Below, one piece after another: positions 19,296 to 28,394 of a stretch of 64,000 nucleotides of DNA; position 1 is the first letter of the stretch, and the number at the start of each line of letters is the position of its first letter. The position numbers and the translations under genes are program-made. This DNA is from Bacilli bacterium (GTDB taxonomy: Bacteria; Bacillota_I; Bacilli_A; ML615J-28; CAG-698), in assembly GCA_050953085.1 (NCBI GenBank), contig JBMNLX010000009.1, positions 203,411 to 267,410 of the forward strand, read 5' to 3'. Under the pieces are notes generated by a model. The model saw only the letters and a program-made list of their open reading frames with translations, searched no databases and was not told the origin of the DNA.

Positions 19296-19855
19296 TGGAT
19301 TCAAGAGTATATTTTTCCCGTGAAGAAATGTTCCGCATGAATCGCGATCGCCTCTTGGAAAGGGGCGTCACGATTCAAGAAATCGCGGAAATAGCTTATA
19401 ACCAGCAGGCAAAGTATAACAAAAACCTGACGATGAGCGTGTGCGTGGAAAGCGTCGAGAAAATCTTATCTTACCGCGATATTTTTCATATCGTGCAGTT
19501 AAGTATCGAACTTGACCGGCTCGCCGAGGAAAAAAAGCTAAGAAGCCCGATGCAGGAGATAATTCTCAGCGATTTCGGCATGTTCGGCATCGACGAACTT
19601 CTCGGATTGTCGATCGCCGCCAATTACGGCGTGATCGGACAAACCAATTTCGGCGATATTGATGTCAATAAGCCGGGAGCGGTAAAACGGCTGAACGAAG
19701 AGGGAAAAAAGCAAGTCAAGTGCCACACTTTCCTTGACGATGTCGTCGGGGCGGTCGCCGCGGCGGCTTCGACGCGGGTCGCGCAAATAATAAGCGAAGA
19801 AGAAGCGAAAAAAGACCCGCGCTTTACCCCTATCCAACTTGATCTGGATGAATAA
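19295..19855 (+). CDS. PgpA-family protein (YutG-like phosphatidylglycerophosphatase A family), GTG start
   Basis: Resembles YutG/PgpA family (CHTFLDDVVGAVAAAAS); good RBS AAGGAGA 7 nt upstream of GTG. Confidence 0.55.
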   Translation: MDSRVYFSREEMFRMNRDRLLERGVTIQEIAEIAYNQQAKYNKNLTMSVCVESVEKILSYRDIFHIVQLSIELDRLAEEKKLRSPMQEIILSDFGMFGIDELLGLSIAANYGVIGQTNFGDIDVNKPGAVKRLNEEGKKQVKCHTFLDDVVGAVAAAASTRVAQIISEEEAKKDPRFTPIQLDLDE

Positions 19856-20101
19856 CGTTTGGGAGCCGTTAAAGTTTTTTTTGATATTCATGCTTAAAAC
19901 GGTCTACGCTGAATCTCATTCCGGTGGGAAAGCAAGGGCCTTTTTTTATTTATAGTTTTTAATATTATTACGCTTATATTGAATTGATGTCAAAACCCAT
20001 GAGGTCGTCCCTGGTCGCCTAAACGGGCTTTTTTTTTGCCTACACACATTTAATGCCCGCTAATAATATAATATTGTATAACAATTACGGGAGGATATAA
20101 A

Positions 20102-20839
20102 TTGGTACTGGAATTAAGAAATGTATCCATGAAATTCAATAGTCAAGACAGCGAGATTGAAGTCTTGGATAACATCAATTTCAGTCTGGAAGAGGGAGAA
20201 ATTATCGCCATTGTCGGCCCGTCGGGAAGCGGTAAAACCACCATTCTTAACCTGATTGCCGGGTTGCTTAAACCGACCGCCGGCGAGATTGTCGCGAGCG
20301 GCGAAATCGGATATATGTTTCAGCGCGATTTTTTGTTCGAATGGCGCAGCATTTACCGGAACGTGATTCTCGGGTTGGAAATTAAGAAAAGATTGACCGG
20401 GGAAAATATCGAGAAAGTCTTGAATATGCTGAAAAAATACGGTCTGTGGGAATTCCGAAACAACTACCCGCTTGAATTGTCGGGCGGGATGAGGCAAAGA
20501 GTTGCTTTGATTAGGACGCTTGCGATCTCTCCGAGCCTGTTGTTATTGGATGAACCTTTCGCCTCGCTTGACTACCAGACGAAACTTAGGGTAAGCGAGG
20601 ACGTATATAAAATAATCCAAAGCGAGAAGAAAGCGACGATAATCGTGACCCACGACATATCGGAAGCGATCGCCATGGCCGACAGGATTATCGTGCTCAC
20701 GCCGCGGCCGGCGAGAATTAAGAAAATTCATAAAATTGATCTCGCGCTCGACGAGGAACGCACGCCGCTTTCCGCCCGGAAATCGGAATCTTTCCGGGTA
20801 TATTTTAACGAGATTTGGAGGGAGCTTAATGAGTCATAA
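20102..20839 (+). CDS. ABC transporter ATP-binding protein (NitT/TauT aliphatic sulfonate/nitrate/HMP family)
   Basis: Walker A GPSGSGKTT, signature LSGGMRQRVALIR, Walker B LLLDEPF. Confidence 0.85.
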   Translation: MVLELRNVSMKFNSQDSEIEVLDNINFSLEEGEIIAIVGPSGSGKTTILNLIAGLLKPTAGEIVASGEIGYMFQRDFLFEWRSIYRNVILGLEIKKRLTGENIEKVLNMLKKYGLWEFRNNYPLELSGGMRQRVALIRTLAISPSLLLLDEPFASLDYQTKLRVSEDVYKIIQSEKKATIIVTHDISEAIAMADRIIVLTPRPARIKKIHKIDLALDEERTPLSARKSESFRVYFNEIWRELNES

Positions 20840-21614
20840 AAAAGCGCGGCGTCTCGCCAAGATAAAACTCACCCTTTCGCAAATCCTGCTCTTTGTCTTG
20901 ATTATCGCGCTTTGGGAAGCGGGGACGCGGCTCAGGATTCTCGACGAGTTTCTCTTCAGCAAGCCCTCCTCGATCGTTTCGTTGCTTTGGACTTATACTA
21001 AAAATAAGGAAATATTCGAGCATATTTATATATCGTTGCTCGAGACGGTTTTGGGCGTTATTATCGGCAGCGTGACGGGCGTTTTGATCGCAGTGATTTT
21101 ATGGTCGAGTCGGACGCTGACAAAATTATTGGAGCCGTTTCTCGTAATTTTAAACGCCCTGCCGAAGACGGCGCTGGCGCCAATTATGATCATCTGGGCC
21201 GGAACGGGCGTGACGGGGATTGTCGTCGTCGCGATTTCCATCTTGATTGTAATTACGATTCTATCGACTTATAACTATTTTATAAACGTCGATCCGGAAA
21301 AAATTCAAATGATGAGGAGTTTTAACGCGAACAAATATCAAATCTTCACAAAACTTGTGTTTCCCGCCAATTTGGTGAACATCATCAGCATCGTGAAGAT
21401 CAATATTGGAATGGCCTGGGTCGGCGTCATTGTCGGCGAGTTTCTCGTGTCCCGCGCCGGGATCGGGAACTTAATCATGTACGGCGGGCAAATTTTCCGC
21501 TTTGACATGGTGATGATGGGCGTTCTCGTTTTATCGATATTCGCTTATCTAATGTATGAAGGGGCAAATATTATCGAAAAAATATTAATCAAAAAGCGAG
21601 GGAAAGGAATTTGA
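20829..21614 (+). CDS. ABC transporter permease (NitT/TauT family)
   Basis: Multi-TM, EAA-like region; start MSHKKARR with RBS GGAGGGAG. Confidence 0.8.
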   Translation: MSHKKARRLAKIKLTLSQILLFVLIIALWEAGTRLRILDEFLFSKPSSIVSLLWTYTKNKEIFEHIYISLLETVLGVIIGSVTGVLIAVILWSSRTLTKLLEPFLVILNALPKTALAPIMIIWAGTGVTGIVVVAISILIVITILSTYNYFINVDPEKIQMMRSFNANKYQIFTKLVFPANLVNIISIVKINIGMAWVGVIVGEFLVSRAGIGNLIMYGGQIFRFDMVMMGVLVLSIFAYLMYEGANIIEKILIKKRGKGI

Positions 21615-22622
21615 GAAGTATTAAAAAGACGCTAGCTTTGCTAGTCGTGTCGTTTTTCGCGTTGTTTGGAATATCCTGCGGCGGGCGTAACAAAATCGTG
21701 CTCGCGGAAGTGACGCATTCCGTTTTTTATTGCCCGCAATACGTGGCTTTGGAACTTGGGTACTTCGAAGAGGAAGGGCTGAAGGTGGAATTGATTCTTG
21801 CGGCCGGGGCCGACAAAACGATGGCGGCCTTGCTTGGCCGGGAGGCGCAGATCGGGCTCATGGGCCCGGAGGCGAGTATTTATGTTTATAACGGCGGTCA
21901 GGAAAACTACGCCGTCAACTTCGCGCAATTGACGCAATGCGACGGCAGTTTCCTGATGTCAAGAGAGAAAATCGATAATTGGGATTGGAACATGCTTAAA
22001 GGCAAGGAGATTCTGGGCGGCCGTAAGGGCGGCGTTCCGGAAATGACTTTGGAGTGGGTTTTAAAACAAAAGGGATTAAAAATTGGGCGCGACGATCCCG
22101 ATGCCGAGGTAAACGTCCGGACCGACGTCCAGTTCGCGGCGATGGCGGGGGCCTTTGTCAGCGGCCAGGGGGATTACGTGACGATCTTCGAGCCGACGGC
22201 GACGGCTTTGGAAAAGGAAGGGAAAGCCTATATCGTCGCCTCGATCGGCGCCGAGTCGGGATCGATTCCCTTTACCGCTTACTGCGCGACGAAGGCGTAT
22301 ATGAAGAAAAACGCCGATATTATTCAAAAATTCACCAAAGCAATCTATCGGGCGCAGCTTTGGGTCCAATCGCGCTCCGCCAAGGGAAATAGCCGAGGTA
22401 ATCCATCCTCATTTTAAGGAATTATCGCTTGAGGATCTTACCGTCGTAATGCAGCGCTACATTGACATCAACGCCTGGTGCGAAACGCCTTATTTCGCCG
22501 AGGATGGTTTTAACCGCTTGATGGACGTTATGGAAGAAGCGGGGGAACTCGATAAAAGAGCGCCCTTTAACGTAATCGTTGATAACAGTTTCGCGAATAA
22601 AGCGATTGAAGAAGTTGAATAA
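21611..22622 (+). CDS. NMT1/THI5-like ABC substrate-binding lipoprotein, apparent frameshift at ~22384-22386
   Basis: Lipobox GISC; NMT1-like fold; frame changes in GGG run; downstream frame continues EIAEVIHPHFKELSLEDLTVVMQRYIDINAWCETPYF... to 22622. Confidence 0.75.
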
Positions 22623-22703
22623 AGAGGAACGGATAAACATCTAATAGAAAAGGCGGAATCATGATTGATTTCGCCTTTTAAGTTTGCGCCGACAAATACA
22701 AAA

Positions 22704-22745
22704 AGGCGAAGCAGTCGGCTTCGCCTTTAATATTTTTGTTTTTAT
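22704..22745. terminator. strong bidirectional terminator between the ABC operon and the convergent amidotransferase gene
   Basis: 9-bp stem AGGCGAAGC/GCTTCGCCT, loop AGTCG, T-rich tail on + and T-run on - strand. Confidence 0.75.
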
Positions 22746-22748
22746 TCT

Positions 22749-23408
22749 TTACCGTTCGTGAACCAGCCGCGCGAAAACATCAAAAATAAGCTTGCTTTCC
22801 TCGGTGTCGGGAATTAACTCCGGGTGCCATTGAATACCGATAATCGGCAGGCTTTGATGAATAATGGCCTCGATGGTCCCGTCCTCGGCGCGGGCAATGA
22901 CGTCAAATTCGGGCGCGACCCGGTCGATTGCCTGGTGATGATAGCTGTTTACCATAATTTTTTGAGCGAACGGCAGGAGTCGGTTTGGTTCCGCGTAAAC
23001 GGCATGACCGCTTTTAATATCGCTGTGGGTATCGCCGATATCCTGAAAAAGCGAACCGCCGAGAAAAATGTTGATCGCCTGATGCCCCCGGCATATTCCC
23101 AGCAGCGGCTTTTTTGTTCGCGCCGCGTGTTCGGCGATTTGCCGGTCAAGTTTGTCAAGCGCGTGATTGACGTTAAGCGACTTCCCGTTGTTCTCCTCGT
23201 TATAGTATTTGGGGTCGATATCGTGCCCGCCGGTGAGAAGAAAACAATCGCACAAATCCAACACTTTGTCCGCGTTCGGGTTATTGGTGCTGATGATAAT
23301 CGCGTTTAACCCGCGCGACGTCAATTGTTTCACGTAAAGAGTGTTGACGAATTCCCTTTCTCTGTTTTCCGTTGTTGTCAGCCGCGGGCTGATGCCTACG
23401 ATTTTCAT
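22749..23408 (-). CDS. class I glutamine amidotransferase / gamma-glutamyl-GABA hydrolase (peptidase C26, PuuD-like)
   Basis: Catalytic GICRGHQ and HH..E; start MKIVGIS at 23408 with RBS AAGGAAGG. Confidence 0.8.
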   Translation of the reverse strand: MKIVGISPRLTTTENREREFVNTLYVKQLTSRGLNAIIISTNNPNADKVLDLCDCFLLTGGHDIDPKYYNEENNGKSLNVNHALDKLDRQIAEHAARTKKPLLGICRGHQAINIFLGGSLFQDIGDTHSDIKSGHAVYAEPNRLLPFAQKIMVNSYHHQAIDRVAPEFDVIARAEDGTIEAIIHQSLPIIGIQWHPELIPDTEESKLIFDVFARLVHER

Positions 23409-23583
23409 AATCCTTCCTTTCTTCGCAAAGATCCTTTTAATAATATCATATGTCGGAAAATATGACAATGTTTTTTTAATAGCCCATAATGCCAAAATCT
23501 GCATATTATGATTTTTAGAGGGATTTTTCTAATTATCGGTTAAACAAAGGGCGGTTCATGGTATAATAGATACGGGTGATAAT

Positions 23584-24777
23584 TTGGAATCACTAAGGGA
23601 ATTATATAAAATCGGCGCCGGCCCCTCGAGTTCGCACACGATGGGACCGCAGAAGGCGGCGCGGATCTTTAAAGAAAAACACCCGTCCGCCCGTCGGCGT
23701 AGGGTCGAGCTCTACGGCGCCCTGGCGTTGACGGGAAAAGGTCATCTTACCGACTGGATAATCAAACGGGAATTGGGCGAGAGTAGCTGCGAAGTGGTTT
23801 TCCTTCCCGAAATCAACTTTGATTACCACCCGAACGGCATGAAGTTTATCGCCTACGACGACGCCGGGAAGCAAATCGGGGAATGGCTCGTTTTTTCCGT
23901 CGGCGGCGGTGATTTAAAGAACTTAAACGAAGAGCGGGTCGCCGGGAACCTTCTTTATCCCCACGGAAATATGGCGGATATTCTCGAGCATACGGAAAAG
24001 AACAATCAGACTTTATTAACATATATTCTCCGGGCGGAAGGCGCGGAGATTTGGGATTTCGCTATGGAAATCCTCGCCGCGATGTTTTCGGCGGTCGAGC
24101 GGGGCGTTAACTCTTTCGGGACGCTTCCGGGGGCGCTCGCGATCAAGCGGCGCGCCGGCGATATTTATCAGCAATACGAAAAAACCCGCGATTTTAACAC
24201 GCTTATTTTCTCGGCGGCTTTGGCGGTGTCCGAGGAAAACGCCGCCGGCGGCGAGGTCGTGACCGCGCCGACATGCGGGTCAAGCGGCGTTATGCCCGGG
24301 GTCCTTTACGCTTATCACAAACATAGACAATATCCCTTACCTAAATTGGCCGAGGGCCTTTTGGTCGGCGGTCTCGTCGGGAATCTGGTAAAAAGAAACG
24401 CGTCAATCTCCGGCGCCGAGGTCGGGTGCCAAGGGGAAGTCGGAACTGCCTGCGCGATGACGGCCGCCGCCGTTAGTCATATCGAAGGCGGGACGAACCG
24501 ACAAATCGAATACGCGGCGGAGATCGCCCTCGAGCATCATTTGGGCATGACTTGCGATCCCGTCTTGGGTTACGTGCAAATTCCCTGCATTGAAAGGAAC
24601 GCTTTATCGGCGCGCCGCGCCGTCGATTCCGCCGCTTTCGCTTTGCTTACCGACGGCTCTCATTATATTAGTTTGGACGATGTCATTCAGTCGCTTAAGG
24701 AAACGGGCAGAGACCTGCATCCCCATTACCGGGAAACCGCGCTTGGCGGGCTTGCGAAAAGAAAGGCCCGCAAATAA
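23584..24777 (+). CDS. sdaA: L-serine ammonia-lyase (single-chain Fe-S L-serine dehydratase), TTG start
   Basis: N-term KIGAGPSSSHTMGP and alpha-domain TAPTCGSSGVMPG. Confidence 0.85.
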   Translation: MESLRELYKIGAGPSSSHTMGPQKAARIFKEKHPSARRRRVELYGALALTGKGHLTDWIIKRELGESSCEVVFLPEINFDYHPNGMKFIAYDDAGKQIGEWLVFSVGGGDLKNLNEERVAGNLLYPHGNMADILEHTEKNNQTLLTYILRAEGAEIWDFAMEILAAMFSAVERGVNSFGTLPGALAIKRRAGDIYQQYEKTRDFNTLIFSAALAVSEENAAGGEVVTAPTCGSSGVMPGVLYAYHKHRQYPLPKLAEGLLVGGLVGNLVKRNASISGAEVGCQGEVGTACAMTAAAVSHIEGGTNRQIEYAAEIALEHHLGMTCDPVLGYVQIPCIERNALSARRAVDSAAFALLTDGSHYISLDDVIQSLKETGRDLHPHYRETALGGLAKRKARK

Positions 24778-24800
24778 AAAAGCACGCTATGGTGCTCTTT
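24776..24800. terminator. bidirectional terminator shared by sdaA(+) and membrane-protein gene(-)
   Basis: AGCAC-gctatg-GTGCT flanked by A-run/T-run. Confidence 0.6.
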
Positions 24801-25506
24801 ACTTATGGGTATTAAATCTTCGCGGGCTTCTAATAAGCGTTTTTTTGACGCGAAGATCGATATAGCCGATTATGCAGACGGTCGCCGCGCCGACGGAATT
24901 TAGGATAAAGTCAAGCATCGTGTCCCGGAGCGCCTCCTGGCCGATGAAATCCATGCCGGTCGCGTCGTTGAAATACCGCTGCATATTGCTTCCGGTGAAG
25001 TAATCGGCGCAATACTCGATGATCTCCCATATGACGCCGACGGTTGACGCGATACAAAAAACTAAAAAGACGACAAACAGCGGCGAGAATTTTTTTCCGA
25101 TATCGGCGCTTTCGTTGAGCATTCTTAAAAAGGAAAAAGCGAATATGGCGATCAGCGAGCCGCTTAAGGTGTGCATCAGACCGTCCCACCAGGAATTCAT
25201 CCGGTAAACGCCGACGATCTCGCCGATGAACAAGGAACCGATGCAGAAGGCGATAAAAAGCAATTCCATAAATTCCGGGATGTCGATTTTCCACCTATGC
25301 TTGATAATCGACGGCAAGAACGAAGCTCCAAGCAATAGCAGCGAATAAAACGCGATCATGAAATAACGGCTTTCAAGCTCGTCAATCTTTTCCACGATTA
25401 TCAGATAAATACTGAAACCCAAGATGATAACGGCAATGACGCGCATCATGATATAACAAAGCAGCGTTAATACTTTTTGTTTGTTCTCATCCATACTATT
25501 CCTCAC
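24799..25506 (-). CDS. polytopic membrane protein of unknown function (DUF2238/YjdF-like?)
   Basis: ~6 predicted TM helices; no catalytic motifs recognised. Confidence 0.6.
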   Translation of the reverse strand: MRNSMDENKQKVLTLLCYIMMRVIAVIILGFSIYLIIVEKIDELESRYFMIAFYSLLLLGASFLPSIIKHRWKIDIPEFMELLFIAFCIGSLFIGEIVGVYRMNSWWDGLMHTLSGSLIAIFAFSFLRMLNESADIGKKFSPLFVVFLVFCIASTVGVIWEIIEYCADYFTGSNMQRYFNDATGMDFIGQEALRDTMLDFILNSVGAATVCIIGYIDLRVKKTLIRSPRRFNTHK

Positions 25507-25550
25507 CTCCCTGGGCTATTATTATATGACATAATTTTACAAAAAGCAAT

Positions 25551-25577
25551 AAAAAAAACGGCTTTCGCCGTTTTTAA
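25551..25577. terminator. terminator downstream of coaD (- strand), bidirectional shape
   Basis: A8-AACGGC-tttc-GCCGTT-T5. Confidence 0.65.
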
Positions 25578-26059
25578 AGCCTTTCTTTGATTTTTTTGGT
25601 TATCGTTTCCGCCAATCCTTCCGGCACGTAGTCGGTAATATCGTTTCCGAACATCACCAATTCTTTGATTGATGAGGATGATAAAAAGAGATTATTGGTG
25701 GAAGGGAAAAGAAACAAGGTGTCGACCGAAGGATCGATCGAGCGATTGAAGGAGAACAAGGTAATCTCGCTTTGATAATCGAGAAAACTGCGGACGCCGC
25801 GGATGATGACTTGCGCGTTCTTCTCACGCGCGAATTCGAGAACGAGTTTATTGCTTGCCTCGACAACCACGTTTTCCAGATCGCGGGCCGCGCGCTTCAA
25901 CAAATCCACCCGCTCTTCGGTCGTGAATAAATATTTTTTGCTCGGATTAATTGAAACCAAAACATAGACGCGGTCAAATATTTTCGCCACGCGGCGGATA
26001 ATATCCAAATGACCGTTCGATACCGGGTCAAAGGACCCGGGATAAACCGCTATTTTCAT
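25574..26059 (-). CDS. coaD: phosphopantetheine adenylyltransferase
   Basis: MKIAVYPGSFDPVSNGHLDII (H/TxGH motif); start chosen at 26059 not 26131. Confidence 0.9.
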   Translation of the reverse strand: MKIAVYPGSFDPVSNGHLDIIRRVAKIFDRVYVLVSINPSKKYLFTTEERVDLLKRAARDLENVVVEASNKLVLEFAREKNAQVIIRGVRSFLDYQSEITLFSFNRSIDPSVDTLFLFPSTNNLFLSSSSIKELVMFGNDITDYVPEGLAETITKKIKERL

Positions 26060-26138
26060 ATCGCACCTCTGTATAATTATATTATATCCGATTTGCCGGA
26101 TAAAATCAATTATTTTGTATCTGCCAAGCAAGAAAATA

Positions 26139-26167
26139 TTGTATATACAAGTTCATTATGATATAAT
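26139..26167 (+). promoter_or_regulatory. sigmaA-type promoter for locus A (TTGTAT-17-TGaTATAAT)
   Basis: TTGTAT 26139-26144, extended -10 TGATATAAT 26159-26167, ~25 nt before ATG 26193. Confidence 0.55.
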
Positions 26168-26192
26168 GAAGCCGGCAGAGAGAGGTATCACG

Positions 26193-28394
26193 ATGAGAAC
26201 AATAACGCTTATTATGATCGGTCTGGGCTTTTTTGGCTTGGCCGCGGGAAACAACGAAATACGGGACGAAATCATCTTTAGCGACGTCTTAAACGGAAAG
26301 GAAATCACCCGTCTGGAAAACTATTTGGTTTATTACAAATATAATTCCTCGGGAAGGACCCCGGCAAACGAGTGGGGTTACGAAATCTCGGTTAATGGCG
26401 AAAATTACGTCGTCGAGACGGGAACGAACGTTAACGTTTACCCCGGCGGCTACGCGATTTCCGGGCACGGAACGAAAAAGGAGCTTTTAACGCGGGTCCG
26501 CGTCGGCGATATCGTCGAGATAGATCACGGTTCCCTCGCGATCGCGGTCAAAAGAAACCCGGTGTTAAGCGCCGCCTTTCTTGTCGAGAAAAGCTACGCG
26601 GACGCGCAAGGATGGGCCGCGGCGGCCGCGGATAATTATATCCGGCGCGACGAGGCCGCGATTTCGAATCTTCTCAATGAATTAGCGGACGAGTATCAAA
26701 AAACGCGGGCGATTATCGAACAAGGGAATTATACCGCCGCTACGGTCGATACCCTGGAGAAGATTGCGGGTCGCTGCGAGGAAATCGCCTTTGAAATCCG
26801 ATACCGGACGGTAAATTCCGAGCCGCTTGAAATTAGGGCGCTCTGGCACCGCCCGAACGCGAGCGGAATAAGCGAGAGCAATTTGGCCGGCGTCAAAAGT
26901 TTTACCGCCAAGGTCAAGGAATTGGGCTTTAACGCGATCTACGTCGAGACTTTCTGGAACGGATACGCCAGTTATCGCTCCGATATCCTCGAGACGCACC
27001 CGCAGGTTGCCTATTATTATTACGGCGAGGAGTATGGGCACGATTATATCGCGGCGCTTATCGGCGAAGCGAAAAAGGCGGGAATCGACGTTTTTGCCTG
27101 GTGCCATACCTTTAACGCCGGGAATAACGCCTACCGGGCGAAAGCCGTTAAGGACGAGTGGCTCCTCGAGGATTACCAGGGAAACAAACTTCACCCAAAT
27201 GTCTACGGAGGAAGTTATTACCTCGACCCGTCGCACCCGGAAGCGCTTGATTTTATCGAGTCGGTCTTCGTCGAGATGACGGAGAAATACGATTTTGCCG
27301 GGATCCAATTTGATTATATCCGCTATTATGACAACGACTATCGAGCCTCGCCGGTCCGCGACAGCGGGTTCGGCGCGCACTCGGAGAATAAATTCAAGGA
27401 AGCGACCGGCCTTTCCGGGGATGTCCGGACGCTGGTTCTGAATACCGCTTACCGGGAAAAATGGAACGAGTGGAGACAGGCAAACATTACCGCCGCCGTG
27501 AAACGCTTCTCGGAAGCGATTCGCGCCGCAAGGAGCGATATCGCGATCTCGGCCGCCGTCGTCGCCAACGTCAATATCGCCCGCGACACATACATGCAGG
27601 ATTGGCCGACCTGGGTCAACCGCGGCTACATCGACCTGTTGTGCCCGATGATTTATACCGGCAGCGCCGCGGCCGTCGCCGAGGGCGCCCGGGCGATTAA
27701 AAACCGGGCGGGGAACTTAAGCCATCTGGCCGCCGGCATCGCCCCGATTTATTACGGTTACTCTAATCTCGTTGCCCTTGAGGAGACTCTTTCGGCCGGT
27801 AGGTACGGCGGCGCCTCCCATTTCGCGAGCCAAAACGTTATCGGCGACCCCGCTTTCGAGGCCGCGCTTCGGAATGGCGCGTACCGAACCGCGTCGATAT
27901 CGCCGCTTTCGCCTGCGGGAGTCGTCTTTGAAAAGGCGATGGAGGATCTGCTCGCGTATTGCGAGTATTACCGGGACGCCGCCGGGGATAATTACAGCGT
28001 CGTCAAGAATGAAATCGACGAAATCGCGGGAATGCGGCGCGAGAACCCCGCCGACTACGAGGAAATTATTAAACGGTTGAAACACCTGCGGCTTATAACC
28101 GCTTATCTCTCCGGCGACAGCCTCAGGGAGAACGTTAATCAAAAAATTACGCGTTTAATCGACGTTTTGGACGTGAAAATCTCGCGGGAATTGATCGCCA
28201 TGGGTTATTACGACCCCGAATCGGGGCCCCGTCCCGACGCCGCGTCTTTCGACTATCCTTCCCCCGGGTTGCCTCCCGTTGCCCCGGGTAACGGCGACAA
28301 GCCGAAAAAAGGTTGCTTCGCCGGCCAAGGCCTTATTGCGCTCGCCTTAATCGGATTATTATATTTTAGAAGAAGAAAGGAACACGCCTCATGA
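26193..28394 (+). CDS. membrane-anchored GHL10-family (glycoside hydrolase-like 10, YngK-like) protein with N-terminal signal/TM and C-terminal TM anchor
   Basis: GHL10 TIM-barrel region (EIRALWHRP...FNAIYVETFWNGYASY...FDYIRYY); N-term MRTITLIMIGLGFFGLAAG; C-term GQGLIALALIGLLYFRRRK. Confidence 0.75.
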   Translation: MRTITLIMIGLGFFGLAAGNNEIRDEIIFSDVLNGKEITRLENYLVYYKYNSSGRTPANEWGYEISVNGENYVVETGTNVNVYPGGYAISGHGTKKELLTRVRVGDIVEIDHGSLAIAVKRNPVLSAAFLVEKSYADAQGWAAAAADNYIRRDEAAISNLLNELADEYQKTRAIIEQGNYTAATVDTLEKIAGRCEEIAFEIRYRTVNSEPLEIRALWHRPNASGISESNLAGVKSFTAKVKELGFNAIYVETFWNGYASYRSDILETHPQVAYYYYGEEYGHDYIAALIGEAKKAGIDVFAWCHTFNAGNNAYRAKAVKDEWLLEDYQGNKLHPNVYGGSYYLDPSHPEALDFIESVFVEMTEKYDFAGIQFDYIRYYDNDYRASPVRDSGFGAHSENKFKEATGLSGDVRTLVLNTAYREKWNEWRQANITAAVKRFSEAIRAARSDIAISAAVVANVNIARDTYMQDWPTWVNRGYIDLLCPMIYTGSAAAVAEGARAIKNRAGNLSHLAAGIAPIYYGYSNLVALEETLSAGRYGGASHFASQNVIGDPAFEAALRNGAYRTASISPLSPAGVVFEKAMEDLLAYCEYYRDAAGDNYSVVKNEIDEIAGMRRENPADYEEIIKRLKHLRLITAYLSGDSLRENVNQKITRLIDVLDVKISRELIAMGYYDPESGPRPDAASFDYPSPGLPPVAPGNGDKPKKGCFAGQGLIALALIGLLYFRRRKEHAS

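Noticed and set aside
19856-20101. TPP (THI-box) riboswitch upstream of the NMT1/ThiY-like ABC transporter
   Set aside because: Core motifs CUGAGA and ACCUGAUCUGGAUAAUGCCAGCG were searched by eye and are absent. Only generic hairpin/T-run structures are present.
20041-20101. Promoter for the ABC operon around TATAAT 20067-20072
   Set aside because: AT-rich with several TATAAT-like hexamers but no convincing -35. Cannot choose among them from sequence alone.
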